A stretch of DNA of 64,000 bases from contig OZ024741.1 in NCBI GenBank assembly GCA_964016885.1, positions 292,826,001 to 292,890,000 of the forward strand, in the 5' to 3' direction. Source of the DNA: Eledone cirrhosa (lineage: Eukaryota). Position 1 is the first letter of the stretch. The number at the start of each line of letters is the position of its first letter. The notes beneath the pieces are model-generated. The model was not told the origin of the DNA. It saw only the letters and a list, made by a program, of their open reading frames with translations, and did not search any database. Positions 56,421 to 64,000 of the stretch are shown here, piece by piece. The position numbers and the translations under genes were made by a program.

Positions 56421-57146
56421 AATTGTGATGACATAAACTGAATATGATGAATGGTAGAATTGGATGATGACAATGATTCAAGGGAACCTGTGCAAGTAGT
56501 GTGATCTGTTTGATTGAACAACTGTCAACTTGGTGCCTTGTATTACTCATGATGGTCTGCTGAACCATCACCCCCTAGCAATTCACCCAATATACTATCT
56601 ATCTGGTCAAGCTAATTTTATTCAAATGTTGCCAACTTTGAGATAAAATTGGTGATAAAAATGCAAATGTGGAACAATTAATTATGTAAATTATTGAAAA
56701 TCAATAAATAAATAAAGATAATCTTTTTATTCACAGTAAAGATTAGAATTACTGGACAATCATTAAACAATTTAAATTTAGATTTTAAAATATGCTAGAT
56801 ATTAACTTGACTTTTGATTTGTAATTGCAAATTAAATAAAAATGTAAATAGAATTTATAGTCATATATTTATGTTAAATTTTTTTCTTTTTGTTTTATGC
56901 ATGTGTGTGTATAAATATGTGTGTGTGTGTGTGCGCACGTGAGTATGCGTTTTCCATAGTGAAAGTGTATCCTCAGTATTCTCTTGTTTTGATACAATTA
57001 CCATTTGAAAGTCATTTATTTAAATAAGAATCTTTCAAAGAACAAACAAAGATCAACAATATTATGGTTGATGTTATCAATTAAATTTTTATAGTTCTTT
57101 GTGTCTAGGCCTTATAGTAGACACAGATAAGTATAATATGTATGTA

Positions 57147-57186
<40 letters not shown>

Positions 57187-57469
57187 GGTGGGTGTGTGTG
57201 TGTTTGTACTTCTATTAACATATTTGATACCAAACTGCCTGAAACTACCCCTGGTTCCATGAACTGTTTGTTTTATAGTGTTTATTATCATCAGCATTTA
57301 TCTAAAAACGTTCCATCATAATTTTATGTAAGAACCTTTGTTAAATTATACTTCAAACACAAACTAAATAATGAGAAAGATATATTACTAAATCTCTTCA
57401 AAATCTTTTGAAAATCATAAGCGCTGCCTTTCATTAGAAATATGGTAATTAAAGGGATGATATTGAATA

Positions 57470-57985
57470 TGAAGGGGCATGGTCTAGTTGTTAAGCTGTT
57501 AGACTTATAATCATAATGTTGTGGATTCAATTCCAAGACTGCATAGGACATTGTGTTCTTTAATAAACACTGCAGTATATGTTGCTCTAGACATCTCAGC
57601 TGAAAATGCATGCCAGCAGCAGCTGGGGGTTAATACTGTGGTGGACTGGAATCTTGGTCAGGGACTTGTCACTTAATCATCAATGAAACCTGTATAACTT
57701 CACATCTGATGAGCTTCCAGGCTTATCTGAAGTTTGTCTTAAGCCTAGAGGGTCATCAGGCAGATGCTTATCCTAGTTTCCATGATGTTAATTGACTGAG
57801 AGTACAAGACTTCCCCCTGGACAGGATGCCAGTCCATAGCATGGTTAAGTGCCCAGCTATAACTGATACTCATTTTCATCATTGTGAAATGAAGTGCTTT
57901 TCTCAAAAACACAACACACAACTCTGTCTAGAAATCAAACCCATAACATTATGATCATAGGTCAAACACCCCTAACTCTAGGCTT
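57470..57985. mobile_element. Two old CORE-type SINEs in tail-to-tail orientation
   Basis: Forward copy ~57470-57720 resembles 10855; reverse copy ~57740-57985. Confidence 0.55.
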
Positions 57986-59418
57986 GCAACAGACTTTAAG
58001 ATTTAATATTATATAGACAGTGCATAGTTGTTAAAACATTAGATTAAATGCTTTGATCTCCCCAATATAAATCTTACCCACTGCTTACTGTTTGTTGTTT
58101 TCCTATGCATTTCATTCATTTTTGTACTGTACTGTCTCCAACATCTTCATCCTCTATGATTGATAAAATAAATTATTATTGAGCATCAAATAGAATGCCT
58201 TGCTGTATTTGTTCCATCTCTCTGCACTCTGAGATCAAATACAGCCAAAGTCAACCAAAGAACAGATATTTACAAAATAGAATTTTTTCTGATTCATGTC
58301 AGTGCAAACATCCACTGGCCTACAAGCTTACCATCAACTCTTTTGGTTATCAATATTTTATCTTTATTGGTATTTGTTATTTAATGATTATTGCTATTGC
58401 TGTAATTGTTATTGCTCTGATGAGAATTGCTTGACCAGTTGTATGAAAGAAAGATGGAGATAGTGCATGAGAGACATTCCAGGTTCAATCTGAGTGCTGT
58501 CTTGGTCAAGTACCTTTTACCATAACCTCTTGTTGACCTAAACCTTGTGAGTGAAATTGTGAAGCTAGAAACTATGTTGAAACCCATTGATTGTAGCTGT
58601 AATTTGAAAGTACAGCTTTATACCAGACTGTGCCCTGCTGTATCTCAGTGGGAATTCTGTTCAAGGTACAAATACCTCTGGAAAACCTACCCATTTAGCT
58701 GCCAATTTCATAAGTAGACCATTTCATTAATCAAACAATTGCAACCTTTGGAATTTATCTTGCTGTGCATTCTGTCAGACAGTCATGTTTATATAGTGTT
58801 TATCTCAATCGAGAGCAGGGAAGCAGTCAGAATATGAATCTTTTTAACTCTTTGAACCCTGAGCCCTGCCATATGTATAGCCTCCAACCTTGGGTATTTA
58901 CATGAAAGCCATTGAAAAAACGATAATCATTAATTACATCAGGCAAAAAAAAAATAAATAAATAAAATAAATGTATGAATTTGACAAAAATTGTTAATAC
59001 ATTACCCAAAAGCTCAGATTAAAGTGATGATATAAAATAATCTCTGATTGGACTATAAATGCCATAAATGAGAAGAAAAGGATGGAAAGAGCAAGGACTA
59101 TTAGGCAAGGAAGAAAAAGTGGGAGAAGATGCAAGGCTCTACACCTTGACTAGGGTGGTGTTTCGGCTGGGCCCCACAAACAAATCTGCAAAGGCATTTT
59201 CACAGACAATGGCAATAGCCACCCCACCTCACAGGCATCCTTCCTCAGATAGGCTGTAGACATTCCAAGTTTATGGAAGAGCTTAGCTGTATTGGGGTCT
59301 GAGGACACCTGAGGTCCTGTAGGCAAACGGTGCAAAGAAGTAGCAGCCGGATGCATCCCCAAGGGCAGAAAATGGTGTACATAACAATAGTAAATAGAAG
59401 TGTGTGTGTACCAGAACA

Positions 59419-59650
59419 GAATACTAGGTTGGTGGGATATAGTCAAGCATTTTTAGGATCTGAATACTAGCCTGACAGGATATAGTCAAATACTATTGAG
59501 GGTAGACTACTGGCCTTATAGGATATAGCCAAATACTGTTGGGGGCAGACTACTGGCCTGACAAGGTATAGCCAAATACTGTTGGGGGCAGAATACTAAG
59601 CTGACTGTATAAAGTTAAAAATTGTTGGGGCTGGAATACTGGGCTGATCG
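59419..59650. repeat. 43-bp minisatellite, ~5 diverged units
   Basis: GA(A/C)TACT starts at 59462, 59505, 59548, 59591 and 59634. Confidence 0.88.
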
Positions 59651-61269
59651 GTTCAAAGCATTAATTCACTTTCTGGTTACACAGTATGAACAAGGAGTTA
59701 GTGCATGGTCTAGTTTGTTCTAATGAAATGTAACAACAATAATTTGTAGATGAAATGTGAAAGTGGACACTCTCTTAACTTTGTTGTTATAAGTTGGATA
59801 AGGTAACCTTAGTACATGGTCCAGTTTGTTTAAATGGAACATAAATACAATGATCATTTGAAATTGAAATATGAGAGAAAACAGAGTTTGTTCACAGTAT
59901 CACTTGTAACAAACTGGATGATTGATCATTATATAATTAATGCAAAACCCTCATCATATAAAACTGAATAGATTGTTCTGATTATTGAGCTTGCTGTGAT
60001 CAGTGAGCGTATATAAATATATGAGCAATTGGTGTGGAAATCTAATAAAAGTTCTTTTATTGATGGCATGAAATATAGAAGCAGCCTCATTAATAGATCT
60101 TGCTACTGTTCCAATAGGAAAGTAAACCTCTCTAATGTTACATTTTTCAAATAGATATTGTTTCAAGTTAAACACTTTGTTACGTACTGCTGCTCACTTC
60201 TCATTTGTATTATAGATATACTGGGTCAATGTGATGTGATAGTGTTGTTTATAAAACAGATTGTTATCAGCTCAGTGTCATCTCTGACTTGTTTAGACAT
60301 GAATTACATTACATTGCTTCAGAAAAAGCCACTCTTTATATGCAAACACACACACATATGTACATACATGCATGCACAATCACATGCACATACACACACA
60401 CATACACACAGAAGCAGGTGAATGAATGGATGGATAACATGTTGAATTATCTTTCTATTACCGCTTGTTGTTAGCAGAGGTCTTTATTCAACAATGCATC
60501 ATTCACTTAGATGTGGAAATAGTCACCAGATTACCTCGGAATGTTACTTTCTACAGAGAAACAAATAACAGATAGACTGACCCGATAAATATAGCAAACA
60601 AATCTCCCTTAAATTACATCCTACTTTTGTAAAAAAAAAAAGAAAGATCTATTAGAAATAACATCCAAATCTTTGTCAAATCATGATATACTATATTAAA
60701 AATGGGAGGGCAGACATACTGGATAATGTGGTTCCAGATACACTGTATTAAAAACAAATGTAAGATAACAGCCACAGCTAGTATGCATTCTGGTCATATG
60801 TATGCTTGATTAAAGTTTACCTGGGGCTAAACAACAACAGATGAACATGTACCTTTCCATGGTTTATAAACCCAAAGTTATGAAGCCATAATTTTCCTCA
60901 AACTACACCTCCTTTAAGAAAGGAAGAATACATTAGGTAATATAGTTGTAAATAATAGTTCAGCAACTTCTTTTTGCAATGACCCACTTCTGGCTGTTTT
61001 AGTTTTGCCCATGGTCCACATGTATAGTATGTAATATCTTAGATATAAACATTTGAAAAGGTTTGAGTCTCACAAAGAACACCTCAGTGGCCTACATGTG
61101 AGCTATAGCCAAGTTGTTAATGACTTCTGATTTATGTACACATTATGTCTAAATAAAAGATGAGATAATCATGGCTGAAACACTATGATCATAGCTCTGT
61201 TTGATCAAGGGTGAACCAGGGTTAAACTGTTACAACAGCTACTCTATAGTATGGGATGTGTTCCTCTGC

Positions 61270-61642
61270 ATCATCACTATTTAATGTCCATTTTTCCATA
61301 CTTCCATGGGCTAGATGAGTTGTCCCATTGTGAGACAAATCAGATCACGAGACCATGTCCTCCTCATACATAACCCTTTCTGGCTTTGTTTCTATGGCTG
61401 AATGCTCTTTCTAACATCAACCACATTTACAGTGGGACTGGGTGCTTTTTATCATGGAACCCAAATGACTACTTTACAGTGTTGACTGGGTGCTTTTAAT
61501 TGTGTCACCATCACAACCACCTTACAGTATTGACTGAGCGCTTTCTGTCATGACATCTACATCACCACTTTACAGTGTGAACTGGGCGCTTTTTGTTGTG
61601 ACACTTACACAACCAATTTACAGGATTGAGAGGGCATTTTTA
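61270..61642 (-). mobile_element. SINE/RTE-tail remnant with an internal 48-bp tandem expansion
   Basis: RTE-type tail at 61270-61315; C(C/T)A..TTACAG units at 61421, 61469, 61517, 61565 and 61613. Confidence 0.75.
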
Positions 61643-64000
61643 GTTGTGTTACTTATTTAAAAAAATATTTCTCACTATTTTATATATGTTATGGAGTTAT
61701 AACTATGTACAGAGCCATAGATGTTCCCTTGTACACATTTGGAGCAAATATGCTGAGTTTATGTGGGTTATAATTGACAGAAATTTTGATTCACAAAGTA
61801 ATGAACTCCGAATATACATGCTTGAAACTGAATATTGTATCAATTTCACAATCTACATGATACATGACTGCAATATTACACACCATATGATATGTTTTTA
61901 ATTAACTTCTGTTGCTTGGTGTTATAGTATAAAACACATGAAATTCTGAAATGTGTGGTAATTATATATATTTAAGATATTATTATTATTATTATTATTA
62001 TTAAAGAATATTAATTTTTCCCCTTTCATAATCTTTTTATGTAAAAGATGAAAATAGAAAACAAAACCCCCAAAACAGAATAAAAATCAATCAGTAATCA
62101 AAATTGCATTTAGTTCACTTCGTCTTTAGAATTTAAACTTCCAACATCAGTGTAAAGTCTTTTATTCATTTGTTTCATTTCATAATGAATTCATTCTGGG
62201 TGTCGGATATTGTTTTTTTTTGTTTTGTTTAGGTTTAGGTTATGTTTGTATTTTTGTAGGGGGGATTTTGTCTTTAGCAAAGGTATTTCAGAACCGCTTT
62301 ACATTCTGAGCTTTGTTTGAATTTTACTGCTTTAATGTTTCTTTTGCTTATTTTTCTGTTTTCTTCATTATTCAGCACACTTTCTCTTTCCCTTTCATTG
62401 TTTGCTTGTTTTTCTTCTTTATTTTTCTTCCTATTGTGATGAAAAACTATTGCTTTTTCATTTTTGCTTTATATTACTAATTTATGGTTTTATCAAAAGA
62501 TAGTACAATGGTATGAGATTAATAGCAATATGACTATGTTGTGTGGTAGTAATACAGTGGTATGATGTTAAATATCGCTGATTGAAGATATTTTATATCA
62601 CTAACTAGAGAAACTACAATGAGGGGTTTAATATGTATGTATAGGTTATTTTAACCATCTTGATAGCAGCCTAAGACTGGCTGTACAAAATTATCCATAT
62701 TCAAAGTGTAATGCTAATCAAAATTTCATTAAAACATGAATGGCATTGTGAGATTTCAGTTGATCAACACCAATATAATTGTGTATGGAGTGGTGTGTGT
62801 GCATGAAACAAAATATTGTGTAGTATTTAGTCAGCTGAATTATGACACTTAAGTGGACTTAGCTGTGCAATAAATAGAGATCTATAAAATAAGTAACCAA
62901 CAAAATATTACAACTGAATGCCTTGAAGGTCGTGCACCCCATCATGGCTGCAGTCCAATGATGGAAACTAGTAAAATAATACTTTGAATCATACAGCATG
63001 TGGCATAAGTGTAAAACTTTATAAGCAGTTAGAAATAGTAGCTGGATCAATGCCATATATATATTTATGCATCATTAACAGAAATTTGAATATCTAATGA
63101 TCGATATCTTATGAGCCAGGAAGTTTTTGCATAGCAACTGTAGATATTCTCATGGTGGAGACATTGAATATACGATTGAGGGTTATGATTATGAACAACT
63201 TTTAACACTTAACATCCTTTACCACACGAGACCACATTAATTAGACATTACCAAACAACCCTAACTGCATCATATTAAAAATTATAAACTTTTCTTTGGT
63301 TTACTTCAAATGTTCACAATGATCTATCCAATAATAAAGTTACTCTAAACATTTGAATTATCAAACCTGCTCTGAAATATCATTATTTTCTGCTCAATGT
63401 TTTCTACAGGATGTTAAGAGTTAATTTATTGATGCCGATGTTGTTTTTAATGCCCCACAAAACTTATGAGACCCACCATAAAGTACTGCTCCCATTTCTG
63501 GGGTGGTTTCTCAGCATTCAAGCATGCCCTAGCTCCTGCTTTTCTACTTGTAGCTGTCCACTGCTGCTTCTGCTACTGGTTGTAGTATTAGTACAGGTAA
63601 TCATGCCCTTGCTCTTTTTTGTTGTCTGCAATCCACAATGCCTATTAATTGTCGTCACTTCCACCTGGACTCTATTTAAGAATTGTTGCTGTGTTTCTGT
63701 TAGTCATTTACTCAGCTGAAACCTACTTCTTGATTTTCAAAAAGGTCTTCATGTACTACCATCAGATTAAAAACCATTCTGAGAGCTAATTTTTTAAATT
63801 TTTCATTTGATCTTTATTGCCTCATAAAAGATTGGATTCTTTATTGTTGAACAGATGTATACAATGATGAAAGTATTTTTTAAAATATATTTTATCAACC
63901 CCTGAAATATGAAATGCATCATTGACTTTGGCAGAATTTGAACTCAGAATTTAAAGTACCAAAAAATAATCTTTAACACTATTACTACTACCACCACTAC

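Noticed and set aside
57707-57760. CTGATGA strings here and at 11108, 36696 and 58417 as hammerheads
   Set aside because: No properly placed stem II/GAAA/stem III; the 57707 and 11108 strings are SINE tails.

Overview
Very AT-rich, repeat-dominated animal genomic DNA. The SINE and microsatellite profile suggests a mollusc, probably an octopus (inference). I can support no intact protein-coding gene: almost every ORF in the track is microsatellite or minisatellite read-through. The window holds decayed Penelope-like elements (two Naiad-type RT/GIY-YIG copies and one fold-back Penelope/Poseidon-type GIY-YIG copy), several RTE-clade LINE 3' fragments, one RLE-type LINE fossil, tRNA-derived SINEs, a non-autonomous Helitron, about 6.7 kb of strand-asymmetric minisatellites and very long degenerate (AT)n tracts. 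The most notable signal is about 15 type-I hammerhead ribozyme motifs from several unrelated families. Most lie in 100-300 bp inserts embedded in (TA)n, many with an inverted (fold-back) segment, and one is a perfect palindrome carrying a complete hammerhead on each strand. All structures were folded by eye; no searches were run.
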